Assembly (NCBI GenBank): GCA_017450965.1
Contig: JAFSSQ010000010.1
Span: 6,424 to 70,423, forward strand
DNA: 64,000 nucleotides
Reading direction: 5' to 3'
Source: Clostridia bacterium
GTDB taxonomy: Bacteria > Bacillota > Clostridia > Oscillospirales > CAG-272
Positions 53,020 to 62,017 of this stretch are shown piece after piece (position 1 is the first letter of the stretch; every line of letters begins with the position of its first letter). The notes under the pieces are model-generated. The model made no database searches. It was not told where the DNA came from and saw only the letters and a list, made by a program, of their open reading frames with translations. Made by a program: the position numbers and the translations under genes.

Positions 53020-54774
53020 ATGATCAGAAAGATTTTCAGACAGATGCTCGTCACGCAGATCATCTCCGCGATGACGGTGATGCTTTGTATGCTGGTGGAC
53101 AGCATCATGATCGGCCGCTTCCTCGGCGTGAACTCGATGACCGCCTACGGACTGGCCACGCCGGTCCTCCTCGTCTTCGCCGCCTTCGGCAGTATGCTTT
53201 CGGCGGGGATCCAGGTGATGTGCGGCAAAACGATGGGCAGCGGCGATATGGAAGCGACCAACGGCTGCTTTTCCGTTTCCGTCGCGCTCGCCGCGGCGAT
53301 CTCTCTTGTCGGCACCGCGGCGGTGCTGCTCTTCACCGATCCGATCTGCGTTCTCCTCGGCGCCGGGCAGAATACGCCGGACAACGAGGTGTTCCGCCTT
53401 ACGCGCGACTATCTGCGCGGCTTTATCATCGGCGCGCCCGCGTTCATCTTCGCGCAGATCATGGTGCCTTTTATGCAGATCTCCGGCAGCCGGACCCGGC
53501 TCGTCGCCGCGGTCGCGGCGATGACGGTCGCGGATATCGCCCTCGACGTTCTCAACGTTTTCGTCGTGCACGAGGGGACCCTCGGCATGGGGCTTGCGTC
53601 GAGCATCAGCTATTATATCGCCTTCGTGATCGGCGCGCTTTACTTCTTCAAAAAGAGCTGTATCTTCCGTTTCCGCCCCGCGCTCCTGCGGAGGAAGACC
53701 GCGCTTGACCTGATCCGCTACGGGCTGCCGACGGTGATCAACCAGATCAGTCTGGTGCTGTTGGTGTTCGTACTCAACAAGGTGCTGCTCGAGGTCGGGC
53801 AAAACCTCGCCGTCGCCGCCTATTCGGTGATCTCGACGGTCGGCAATCTCTGCTACTGCTTCGGCTCCGGCATCGCGTCCGTCGCGCTGCTCCTCTCCTC
53901 GATCTTTTACAGCGACGAGGATAAGACCGAGCTGCGCGCGCTGATCAAAACCATGTTCTTCTACGCCGTCGCGCTGGACCTTGCGATGATCGCCGCCGTG
54001 CTGATCCTTGCCCCGCTGCTTGTCGGACTGTTTCTGACCGGGGAGCCGGAGGCGGCGGATATGGCGATCCTCGGGCTGCGGCTTTTCTCCCTCTCGCTGC
54101 TCCCCTGCTCGCTGAATACCTCCTACAAGAATTACCTGCAGGGGGTAAACCAAACAAAGTTCACGCAGGCGATCTCGGTGATGCAGAACTTTGCTTTCAC
54201 CGCGCTTTTCGCCTTCCTTCTCAGCCGGTTTCTCGGAACGACCGGCGTCTGGCTCGGCTATCTCTGCGGCGAAACGCTGACCCTTCTCGTCATCGTGATC
54301 GCGGTATGGAAGCGCTGCGGCCGCGTTTCCTTCTCCGCCGAGGCGTTCTCCTATCTCCCGCCCTCGTTCGGCGCGGGGGAGGGGGACTGCATGGAGGAGA
54401 CCCTCACCGATCTCGACGGCGCCGTGGCCGTTTCCGCGAAGGCGGCGGAGTTCTGCCGTCTGCACGGGGAGAACGCGCGCAACGGCGCGATGATCGCGCT
54501 CTGTATCGAGGAGATGGTCTCCAATATCGTGGAGCACGGCTTCACGAAGGATAACCGGGAGCACAGCGTCGACGTCCGGCTCCTTTTCAAGGGGGAAAAA
54601 CGCATGATCCGCATCCGCGACAACTGTCTCCATTTCGACCCGCTGCGCTATCTCGATCTCCACAAAACGGACGACCCGACCGCGCATATCGGGATCCGGA
54701 TGGTGATGAAAACGGTCAAAAACGCAAACTACGTCAACTCGCTCGGTCTGAATAACCTGACGCTGGAGATGTGA
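53020..54774 (+). CDS. MATE family transporter fused to a C-terminal RsbW-like HATPase
   Basis: VDSIMIGRFLG, two MATE repeats; tail IEEMVSNIVEHG...IRDN...FDP...IGIRMV. Confidence 0.85.
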   Translation: MIRKIFRQMLVTQIISAMTVMLCMLVDSIMIGRFLGVNSMTAYGLATPVLLVFAAFGSMLSAGIQVMCGKTMGSGDMEATNGCFSVSVALAAAISLVGTAAVLLFTDPICVLLGAGQNTPDNEVFRLTRDYLRGFIIGAPAFIFAQIMVPFMQISGSRTRLVAAVAAMTVADIALDVLNVFVVHEGTLGMGLASSISYYIAFVIGALYFFKKSCIFRFRPALLRRKTALDLIRYGLPTVINQISLVLLVFVLNKVLLEVGQNLAVAAYSVISTVGNLCYCFGSGIASVALLLSSIFYSDEDKTELRALIKTMFFYAVALDLAMIAAVLILAPLLVGLFLTGEPEAADMAILGLRLFSLSLLPCSLNTSYKNYLQGVNQTKFTQAISVMQNFAFTALFAFLLSRFLGTTGVWLGYLCGETLTLLVIVIAVWKRCGRVSFSAEAFSYLPPSFGAGEGDCMEETLTDLDGAVAVSAKAAEFCRLHGENARNGAMIALCIEEMVSNIVEHGFTKDNREHSVDVRLLFKGEKRMIRIRDNCLHFDPLRYLDLHKTDDPTAHIGIRMVMKTVKNANYVNSLGLNNLTLEM

Positions 54775-54790
54775 CAAGGAGGAGAGAGAT

Positions 54791-55357
54791 ATGGATCTTT
54801 TCAATAAAGCGATCGCGTTCGCGGCGGAGGCGCACGCCGGGACGCGGCGGAAAAACACGGATACGCCGTACATCCTGCATCCGCTGGAGGTCGCCGCGAT
54901 CGCGGGAACGATGACAAGCGACCCGGAGGTGCTCGCCGCCGCCGTGCTGCACGATACGGTGGAGGATACGCCGACCGAGCCCGGCGAGATCCGGGAGCGG
55001 TTCGGGGAGAGGATCGCCGCGCTCGTCGCGTCGGAAACGGAGGACAAGCGCCCCGGCGTCCCGCCGGAGGAAAGCTGGCAGATCCGCAAGGAGGAATCGC
55101 TTGAGAAGCTGAAAAACGCCGCCGATCCCGGCACAAAGATCCTCTGGCTTTCCGATAAACTCTCGAATATGCGCTCGTTTGCCCGGCTCCGCCGCCGGGA
55201 GGGCGACGGGCTCTGGGCGCGTTTTAACCAGAAGGATCCCGCCGGACAGGCGTGGTATTACCGGACCGTGGCCGCCTATACGGAAGAACTTTCCGATACC
55301 GACGCATGGCGCGAATACACCGATCTGATCGAAACGGTTTTTGAAGGAGTGGAATAA
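54791..55357 (+). CDS. HD-domain hydrolase, small alarmone hydrolase (Mesh1/SpoT-HD)-like
   Basis: AHAGTRRK, PYILHP, AAVLHDTVEDT, ETEDK, SDKLSN. Confidence 0.82.
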   Translation: MDLFNKAIAFAAEAHAGTRRKNTDTPYILHPLEVAAIAGTMTSDPEVLAAAVLHDTVEDTPTEPGEIRERFGERIAALVASETEDKRPGVPPEESWQIRKEESLEKLKNAADPGTKILWLSDKLSNMRSFARLRRREGDGLWARFNQKDPAGQAWYYRTVAAYTEELSDTDAWREYTDLIETVFEGVE

Positions 55358-55359
55358 GT

Positions 55360-56544
55360 ATGATGAACCTTACGCACGCAAGCGATAACGGCGCTCTGAC
55401 GATCGGGATCGCCGGGCATATCGACTCGACGAACGCCGCGGAGCTGGAAAAAGAGGTCTCGGCGCTCTGCGAGCGGTTTCAGCCGACCTCCGTTTCTCTC
55501 GATTGCGACAAGCTCGCTTATATTTCCTCGGCGGGGCTCCGCGTTGTGCTCCGCCTGAAAAAGGCGATCGCCGATACCAAACTGATCAACGTCAGCCCGG
55601 AGGTATACGAGGTCTTCGATATGACCGGGTTTACCGAGATGATGGAGATCCGCAAGGCGTACCGCGTGATCTCGGTCGAAGGGTGCGAGGTCATCGGGCA
55701 GGGCGCAAACGGCAAGGTGTACCGCATCGATCCGGACACGATCGTCAAGGTCTATCTTAACCCGGACGCGCTGCCGGAGATCCACCGCGAGCGCGAGCTG
55801 GCGCGCTCCGCGTTCGTCCTCGGCGTGCCGACGGCGATCCCCTACGACGTTGTCCGCATCGAGGGAGGCGGCTACGGCTCGGTGTTCGAGCTGCTCAACG
55901 CGACCAGCTTTGCCAAACTTCTTATCCGCGGGGAAAAGACCGTGGACGAGATCGCCGCCATGAGCGTGGATCTGCTCAAGCTGATCCATTCCACCGTCGT
56001 CAAGCCCGATACGATGCCCGATATGCGCGCCGTCGCGCTCGACTGGGCGGCGTTTCTCCGGGATTATCTGCCCGCCGACCAGTACGAAAAGCTCCATGCG
56101 CTGATCGCCGCCGTGCCGGAGGACGATCACATGATGCACGGCGACTATCATATCAAAAACGTCATGCTCCAGAACGGGGAGACCCTCTTGATCGATATGG
56201 ACACCCTCTGCCACGGGCACCCGGTCTTCGAGCTGGCGAGTATGTATAACGCCTACGTCGGGTATTCCGAGCTGGATCCCGACATCATCCGGAACTTCCT
56301 CGGCATCTCGCAGGAGACCGGCCGCGAGCTCTGGAGCCGGATGCTGGCGCTCTATTTCGCCGGAGCGGACGAAAACGCCCTGAAGCAGGCGGAGGAAAAA
56401 GCGATGATCGTGGGGTATACGCGCATCATGCGCCGCACGATCCGCCGCGGCGGGCTGAACAGCGAAGAGGGCAGAGCGGTCATCGAAAACTGCCGCCGGC
56501 GCTTCTCCGACCTTCTCCCGAGAACGGAGACCCTTACCTTCTGA
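55360..56544 (+). CDS. STAS domain fused to an APH/choline-kinase-like phosphotransferase
   Basis: N-terminal YISSAGLR STAS; IGQGANGKVY, VKVY, HGDYHIKNV, IDMD. Confidence 0.85.
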   Translation: MMNLTHASDNGALTIGIAGHIDSTNAAELEKEVSALCERFQPTSVSLDCDKLAYISSAGLRVVLRLKKAIADTKLINVSPEVYEVFDMTGFTEMMEIRKAYRVISVEGCEVIGQGANGKVYRIDPDTIVKVYLNPDALPEIHRERELARSAFVLGVPTAIPYDVVRIEGGGYGSVFELLNATSFAKLLIRGEKTVDEIAAMSVDLLKLIHSTVVKPDTMPDMRAVALDWAAFLRDYLPADQYEKLHALIAAVPEDDHMMHGDYHIKNVMLQNGETLLIDMDTLCHGHPVFELASMYNAYVGYSELDPDIIRNFLGISQETGRELWSRMLALYFAGADENALKQAEEKAMIVGYTRIMRRTIRRGGLNSEEGRAVIENCRRRFSDLLPRTETLTF

Positions 56545-56576
56545 CGCGCTCCGCGCCGCCGGAACAAAACATACGG

Positions 56577-56616
56577 AAAACGCCCGTCTGCAGGAAACAG
56601 ACGGGCGTTCTTTTCT
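56577..56616. terminator. Bidirectional intrinsic terminator
   Basis: aacgcccgtctg/cagacgggcgtt stem followed by a T-rich tail. Confidence 0.82.
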
Positions 56617-56631
56617 TTGTCCGGCGACGGA

Positions 56632-58041
56632 TCAGGAGGCCGGCGGCGTTCGGTCTTTCGCGCCGTTTTTCTTTTTTGCCGAGAGGACGAGGAAGACGGT
56701 ATAGGCGACGAAGAGGAGAAAGAAGATCCCGAGGGAGAGAAAGCATCCTTTCAGGCTCCCCGCGCTCAGATTGAGCAGAAGGAGGAGCGGGGCGACCGCC
56801 GCCATGGCGGGGAACTGAGAAAGGATGAAGATGCTGCCGGTCGGGGTTTCGTAGTTCGGATCCGTCTCGCGCAAGAGGATCATCCCGTTGGAGGCGGTGC
56901 CGGTCAGGGTGCCGAAGTTTACGAGAAACGCCTCGTGCTCGAAGCCCGCAAAGCACCGCTTGCAGATAAAGCGGACGTAAAAAACGGTCGCGGCCGCGCC
57001 AGCCGCCGAAAGGGCGGCGATCATCCACGCGTACTTGGCCACCATGCGGATATCGATGGCGGCGACGCCGGCGATGATCATCATATCGAAGGCAAAGCCG
57101 GAGATACGGTCCATCTGGTAGTTGTTGATGTAGCGGCTCGTGACGACTTTTTTGCGCTCAAAGCCGCGCATGGCCGCTTTGATCGCCGTGGCGCTGATCA
57201 CGCCCCAGATGAAATTGAAGCCCCAGGCGATATCGTTGAAGAGCTTGACGCCCGTCGCGTCGCTGAGCATGGCGAACAGGAACATGATCCCGAAGGCGCC
57301 GGCGTAGGCAAGCGCGACGAATGCGAACTGGATCGAGATCTTATCGACCGACTCGCAGTCCTCGATCTCGTTTTTTCCTTCAAAATCCTCCACCGTCCGG
57401 ACGGCGACGCCGGTTTTCGGGACGATCTGCCCCTTCTTTTTGAAGACGTTGATGTAAGCCACGCCGACCACCGAAGCGACGATAAAGCCGATCGAGGCGA
57501 TCGTCAGCCCGAAGCTGCCGTTGCCGTCAAAACCGTAGGCGCCGAAGTTGACGTCCCAGGTCAACGCGTTCCCCGGCCCCTGGCCGAAGCCGAGGGGAAG
57601 CAGCACGCCCGCGTCGTAAAAGAGCGCCGCGCCCGCCGCGTAAAAGAGGAGGGAGACCACGATCCCCACGACCGCCTGCAGCATATAGGTCCCGCCGGTG
57701 AGTAAGCCGTTTTGCACTGCGAGGAGCCCGAGCTTGCGGTTTTTGTTCTTTTCCACCGTCTTGAGCGCCATGGCGATAAAGCCGATCCCGAGCGCGTGGT
57801 AGGTCACGACCTGCATGATCCGCGCGTCGGTCAGCGGAGAGCCGCTCACCTTTTCGGCGATGAGATTGGCAAAAAAGAGCAAAAGCCCCCCGATCAGGGC
57901 GCTGGGGATAAACGCCTTCCGCAAAAACGGCACGCTCCGCCTCAGCGCGTTGCCGATAAGCAGCGCGATGAGGAGAAGGCCGAGGTTGACCGCAACGCTC
58001 CATACGGCGTCGTACTGGGTCAGATCAAATCGCCACGTCAT
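56632..58041 (-). CDS. gltS: Sodium/glutamate symporter family protein
   Basis: IPSALIGG, LGFGQGPGNA, NFGTLTGTASNG; about 12 TMs. Confidence 0.75.
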   Translation of the reverse strand: MTWRFDLTQYDAVWSVAVNLGLLLIALLIGNALRRSVPFLRKAFIPSALIGGLLLFFANLIAEKVSGSPLTDARIMQVVTYHALGIGFIAMALKTVEKNKNRKLGLLAVQNGLLTGGTYMLQAVVGIVVSLLFYAAGAALFYDAGVLLPLGFGQGPGNALTWDVNFGAYGFDGNGSFGLTIASIGFIVASVVGVAYINVFKKKGQIVPKTGVAVRTVEDFEGKNEIEDCESVDKISIQFAFVALAYAGAFGIMFLFAMLSDATGVKLFNDIAWGFNFIWGVISATAIKAAMRGFERKKVVTSRYINNYQMDRISGFAFDMMIIAGVAAIDIRMVAKYAWMIAALSAAGAAATVFYVRFICKRCFAGFEHEAFLVNFGTLTGTASNGMILLRETDPNYETPTGSIFILSQFPAMAAVAPLLLLLNLSAGSLKGCFLSLGIFFLLFVAYTVFLVLSAKKKNGAKDRTPPAS

Positions 58042-58042
58042 A

Positions 58043-59233
58043 TCAGTCTCCCGGATAAACAGATTTTTCCGTTTCGGTTTTTTGCGTTTTTTCGCCGAGC
58101 CGGTTCAAAAGAAAGAGGTATTTGACAGGATTAAAGCGTTTTCCGCCGCGCAGGGTATAGTCGTTTTCTTCATAGCGGAAGGTGAGGTTCCGCCCCGATA
58201 CGGCGGAGACCGAAGCGATCTTCGCCGTCTCGAAGACGCGCCCGCCGCACCGCAGCTGCGCACCGGTCAGGGTCAGCTTGCCCACGGCAAGCCGTTTTTT
58301 CTTTTCAAAGGGGGTCGAGAAGAAGAGCGTTACCCCCTCGTCGCTGAAAACCGTACCGTCCGGCAGGATCTCCATCTTCCGCACGGCGTTTTTCTGGAAG
58401 TTCCACCAGTCCACCAGCCGCCCGTACCCCTCAAGCCCGTGAAGGCGCAGATCCTCGCCGTACTCCGCGCGCAGACCGCAGCTCCGGCAGGTAAGGAAGG
58501 CGCCCTCGGAAAAAAGCGTTTCCGTTTGGCCGCAGCGCGGACAGGCAAAGAGCATCCGTTCGAGGTATTCCGCGCGCCGGCGGCTTTTGTAGCGGGCGCC
58601 GCTGTCGCTGTCAAAGACGGTCAGGGTCTCGGCGATCAGGCGGGAGAGCGCCCCGTCCTCCATCCCGGCGTATTCCGCGTACGGCAGCACGCGCCGGATC
58701 TCTCCGGTAAAGGGGCCGCGCCGCTTTTTGTGTTTGAAGCGAGGACTGACGCCGGTGCCGCCGCGGATGTTGAAGAGGACGAGGGTCGCCTTCGTCTTTT
58801 TGAAAAAAGAGGGAAGGCCCGGCGCGATCGGATAGCAAAACTCCGCGTAAGTGCGGTTCCCCTCGGGAAAGAGGAGGATCGACGCGCCGCTTTTCAGGAG
58901 CCGGAACATTTTGAGGACCGTTTTGGCGTCGGAGGCTTCCTTTTTTTTCGGAATGACCGAAAAATAAGAAAAAAGACGGCTCCGGAGCTTTCCCGAAAAG
59001 ATATGATCGGTCGCGACGGGATAGACGGGGGCGTCAAAAACGGGGAAGAGGCAGAAGGGGTCTTCGTCGGTCTGGTGATTGCTGAGGACGATCACGGGCT
59101 CCCCCTTTTTGATCCGGTACCGGTCGCGGCACCGGAAGCCGAGAAAGAGCCGCGTGTAGAGAAAGGAAAGCCGCCGTATGAAGAAAAACCACAGCTTATG
59201 CGATGGTTTTGCGTACCGTTCGTCTCGTTTCAT
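58043..59233 (-). CDS. Lysophospholipid acyltransferase (PlsC-like) with C-terminal extension
   Basis: NHQTDED (HxxxxD) and FPEGNRT. Start at MKRDERY (59233). Confidence 0.82.
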   Translation of the reverse strand: MKRDERYAKPSHKLWFFFIRRLSFLYTRLFLGFRCRDRYRIKKGEPVIVLSNHQTDEDPFCLFPVFDAPVYPVATDHIFSGKLRSRLFSYFSVIPKKKEASDAKTVLKMFRLLKSGASILLFPEGNRTYAEFCYPIAPGLPSFFKKTKATLVLFNIRGGTGVSPRFKHKKRRGPFTGEIRRVLPYAEYAGMEDGALSRLIAETLTVFDSDSGARYKSRRRAEYLERMLFACPRCGQTETLFSEGAFLTCRSCGLRAEYGEDLRLHGLEGYGRLVDWWNFQKNAVRKMEILPDGTVFSDEGVTLFFSTPFEKKKRLAVGKLTLTGAQLRCGGRVFETAKIASVSAVSGRNLTFRYEENDYTLRGGKRFNPVKYLFLLNRLGEKTQKTETEKSVYPGD

Positions 59234-59309
59234 GGGATGTTCGGAGCCGTTCTTCGCCCTTTCGTGTGGGATGCCCGCCGCCGCGGGAACGGAGGAAAAC
59301 GATAATGCT

Positions 59310-59338
59310 ATTCTAACACAGCGACAGCCTTTTTGCAA
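59310..59338 (-). promoter_or_regulatory. Promoter for acyltransferase-gltS
   Basis: TTGCAA-N17-TAGAAT with TG extension. Confidence 0.6.
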
Positions 59339-59444
59339 GGTTTTGGTGAAAAATTGCGCCGCCGCGCCGTCGGACCGGGAAAAAAGGCGGCGCCGGAGAA
59401 CGTTCCGGCGCCGTTTTTCGGTTTCTTTTTTTACGGGACGGCGG

Positions 59445-60032
59445 TCAGCCGCCGTAGGTCGTGATGATCTCCTCCGCGACCTGGCGCTTCGGAACACAGC
59501 GGTCCATCGCCTGCTTTTCCACGAACCGGTGCGCGTCCGGCTCGGTCATTTTCAGCTCGCTGATGAGCAGCCACTTCGCCCGGTTGACGAGCCGGATCTC
59601 GTTCATTTTTTCCTCGATGGAAAGCGTTTTGCTTTCCGTCTGCCGGATCCGCTCCCGCGCGCTGATCAGCCAGCCGGCCGCCGTCTGGAAGAGGGACCTC
59701 GCGATCGGCTTCTGCATCAGGAACACCCCGTGCCCGACCAGCCTGTCGTAAACGTCGGGATAGTGTTCGGCTTTGGCGAGGAAGAGGACCACGGTGCCGC
59801 CGGAGGAGACCGAGTCGACGGCAAAGCGGACGCCTGGGTCGTCGGGGAGCGGGGAATTGACGATGATAAAATCGAAATCCCGCTCCGCCGCGGCGCGCTT
59901 GGCCGCGCTGACGGCGCTTACCGTGCGGACCGGGGAAAAGGAGGCGGCGGGGAATAGCTCACCCAGAGCCTGATTGAAGCGTTCCGCCGAAGAAACGACA
60001 AGGACGCTGTAACACTGTTCTTGCAGACTCAA
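59445..60032 (-). CDS. ANTAR antitermination regulator with a pseudo-receiver domain (NitR/AmiR-like)
   Basis: C-terminal VNRAKWLLI...EPDAHRFVEKQAMD. Receiver has VVSS and IIVN where acidic residues are expected. TTG start after AAGGAGG. Confidence 0.85.
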   Translation of the reverse strand: MSLQEQCYSVLVVSSAERFNQALGELFPAASFSPVRTVSAVSAAKRAAAERDFDFIIVNSPLPDDPGVRFAVDSVSSGGTVVLFLAKAEHYPDVYDRLVGHGVFLMQKPIARSLFQTAAGWLISARERIRQTESKTLSIEEKMNEIRLVNRAKWLLISELKMTEPDAHRFVEKQAMDRCVPKRQVAEEIITTYGG

Positions 60033-60068
60033 ACGCTCTCCCTCCTTTCCGCCGGCGGACACGCGCCG

Positions 60069-61280
60069 TTATTGACAGTAGGCTTTTAAGATCTCGGCCG
60101 GAACGCTCTCCCGGATAAAGGCGTCGGACGCCGCCGCGGCGCGCGCCTCGGTCAGATCGGCCGGCAGCTTTTGCAGGCCGGAGAGAACGTCCTCGCCCGC
60201 CCGGTAAAGGTTGAGATCGAACGGCTCCGGCAGGGCGATCTTCTCTCCGATCCCGCGCAGCCCCGCCCGGATCATCAGCGTCATGGCGAGATAGGGATTG
60301 GCCGTCGGGTCGGGGGAGCGGAGCTCCGCCCTCCGGTATTCGCCGTTCGCCGCGGGGAGGCGGATCAGCTGGGAGCGGTTTTCCGCCGAAAAGGAAACGT
60401 AGCGCGGCGCCTTCATCTCCCCGAGCCGGGCGTAGGACGCGGCGGTGGGGTTAAAGAAGAGCGTGCAGGGAACGGCCTTGTCCAGCACCCCCGCGATCAC
60501 CCGGAAGAGATGTTCGGAGGAGGGGTCGGGCCGGACGGAGCAGTTGATATGAAAGCCGTTTCCCGGCGCGTTTTCCAGCGGCTTCGGCGAAAAGTCGGCA
60601 AAAAGGCCGCTTCGCTGCGCCGCCGTTTTCACAACGGTCCGGAAGGTCATCACGTTGTCGGCGGCGGTCAGCGCCGTCGTATAGCGGAAGTCGATCTCGT
60701 TCTGTCCGGGTCCCTCCTCGTGATGGGAGCTTTCCGGGCAAATGCCCATCTTCTCGAGCGTCAGGCAGATCTCGCGGCGGACGTTTTCCCCCTTGTCCTC
60801 CGGCGCGATATCCATATAGCCGGCGCGGTCGTAGGGCGTTTTGGTCGGAAGACCGCGTTCGTCGAGCTCAAAGAGGTAAAACTCTTCTTCCGCCCCGAAG
60901 TAAAAGGTCAGGCCCGCCGCCGCGGCGTCGTCTTCCGCTTTTTTCAAAAGACTTCTCGTATCGCATTCAAACGGTCTGCCGTCCGGATAGGCGATCCGGC
61001 AGAACATCCGCACGACCTTGCCCTGCTCCGGCCGCCACGGGAGCCAGGTGAGCGTTTCCGGCTCGGGATGGAGGAACAGGTCGGAGCGGGCTTCGTCCCC
61101 GCCGAACCCGGCGACGGCGGAAGCGTCGAACGCGATCCCGTATTCAAACGCGCGCGGCAGCTCGTCCGGCATGATCGAGATATTTTTCTGTTTGCCGAAC
61201 ACGTCGCAGAACGCGAGCCGGATAAACTTCACGTCCTCCTCCGCCACGTACTGAAGGACCTCGTCTTTTGAATATTTCAT
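60069..61280 (-). CDS. glnA: Glutamine synthetase type I-like protein
   Basis: FDAS, EEEFYLF, HHEEGPGQNEI, PKP...GNGFHIN, NRSQLIRLP, ELRSPDPTANPYL. Confidence 0.85.
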   Translation of the reverse strand: MKYSKDEVLQYVAEEDVKFIRLAFCDVFGKQKNISIMPDELPRAFEYGIAFDASAVAGFGGDEARSDLFLHPEPETLTWLPWRPEQGKVVRMFCRIAYPDGRPFECDTRSLLKKAEDDAAAAGLTFYFGAEEEFYLFELDERGLPTKTPYDRAGYMDIAPEDKGENVRREICLTLEKMGICPESSHHEEGPGQNEIDFRYTTALTAADNVMTFRTVVKTAAQRSGLFADFSPKPLENAPGNGFHINCSVRPDPSSEHLFRVIAGVLDKAVPCTLFFNPTAASYARLGEMKAPRYVSFSAENRSQLIRLPAANGEYRRAELRSPDPTANPYLAMTLMIRAGLRGIGEKIALPEPFDLNLYRAGEDVLSGLQKLPADLTEARAAAASDAFIRESVPAEILKAYCQ

Positions 61281-61296
61281 CTCATTCTCCTGTTTT

Positions 61297-62016
61297 TCAA
61301 TTTGCCGTGTAGAGCTGTTTGTAGGGATTTTTGCTGTCCGGCGTTACGACCGTGAAGGGGGCGTCCATGATCTCGGACGCGTCCGCGCCGAAGAGTGCTG
61401 CGTACTCGGATACGTAGCGGAAGATCTCTTCCCGGTCCGCTTCCGTCGCGGGCCGCGCCGTGACCTGCGCGGGGAAGAGAACGTCCGTCCCGTCGGAGCG
61501 CAGGATCATCTTTCCGCCGTGCATCCCCGTGCAGGGGAAGTTGCCGACGATCCGCCCGCTCCCCCGCCCGAGCCCGAGCACCGCGATCACGCCGCCCGCC
61601 TGGTACTCGCCGAGGAAGCTGCCCGCCGTACCGCCGATCACCATCACCGGCACCTTTTCCCGGTATTCCTTCATGTGGATCCCGGCGCGGTATCCGGCGT
61701 TTTCCTTCACGTAGATCGCGCCGCCGCGCATCGCGTATCCCGCGGCGTCCCCGACGTTGCCGTGGACGACGATTTTGCCGTTGTTCATCGTATCGCCGAC
61801 GGCGTCCTGGGCGTTGCCCCGGACGGTGATCTCCGCGCCGTTGAGATAGGCGCCGAGCGCGTTGCCGGGGATCCCCCCGATCGTAACGGAGCCGCCGGAC
61901 ATCCCGGCGCAGAGAAACCGCTGGCCGAGACAGCCGGTCACCTCGCTGTCCCCCTCCGCCCGGCGGAGCGCGTCGTTGACGGCGCGATACCCGAGATCTT
62001 TTGCGTTGATTACCAT
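61297..62016 (-). CDS. Glutamate synthase alpha-subunit C-terminal (GXGXG) domain protein
   Basis: PGNALG, VGDTMNNG, AGYAMRGG, LGEYQAGG, GMHGG. Confidence 0.9.
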   Translation of the reverse strand: MVINAKDLGYRAVNDALRRAEGDSEVTGCLGQRFLCAGMSGGSVTIGGIPGNALGAYLNGAEITVRGNAQDAVGDTMNNGKIVVHGNVGDAAGYAMRGGAIYVKENAGYRAGIHMKEYREKVPVMVIGGTAGSFLGEYQAGGVIAVLGLGRGSGRIVGNFPCTGMHGGKMILRSDGTDVLFPAQVTARPATEADREEIFRYVSEYAALFGADASEIMDAPFTVVTPDSKNPYKQLYTAN

Positions 62017-62017
62017 A

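Noticed and set aside
50482-55134. 1550-aa antisense ORF (and similar 25724-29218, 39917-43186, 47692-50289, 23622-25589, 19204-20622)
   Set aside because: Shadow frames opposite well-supported genes. High GC at third codon positions suppresses stops; the translations have no family motifs.
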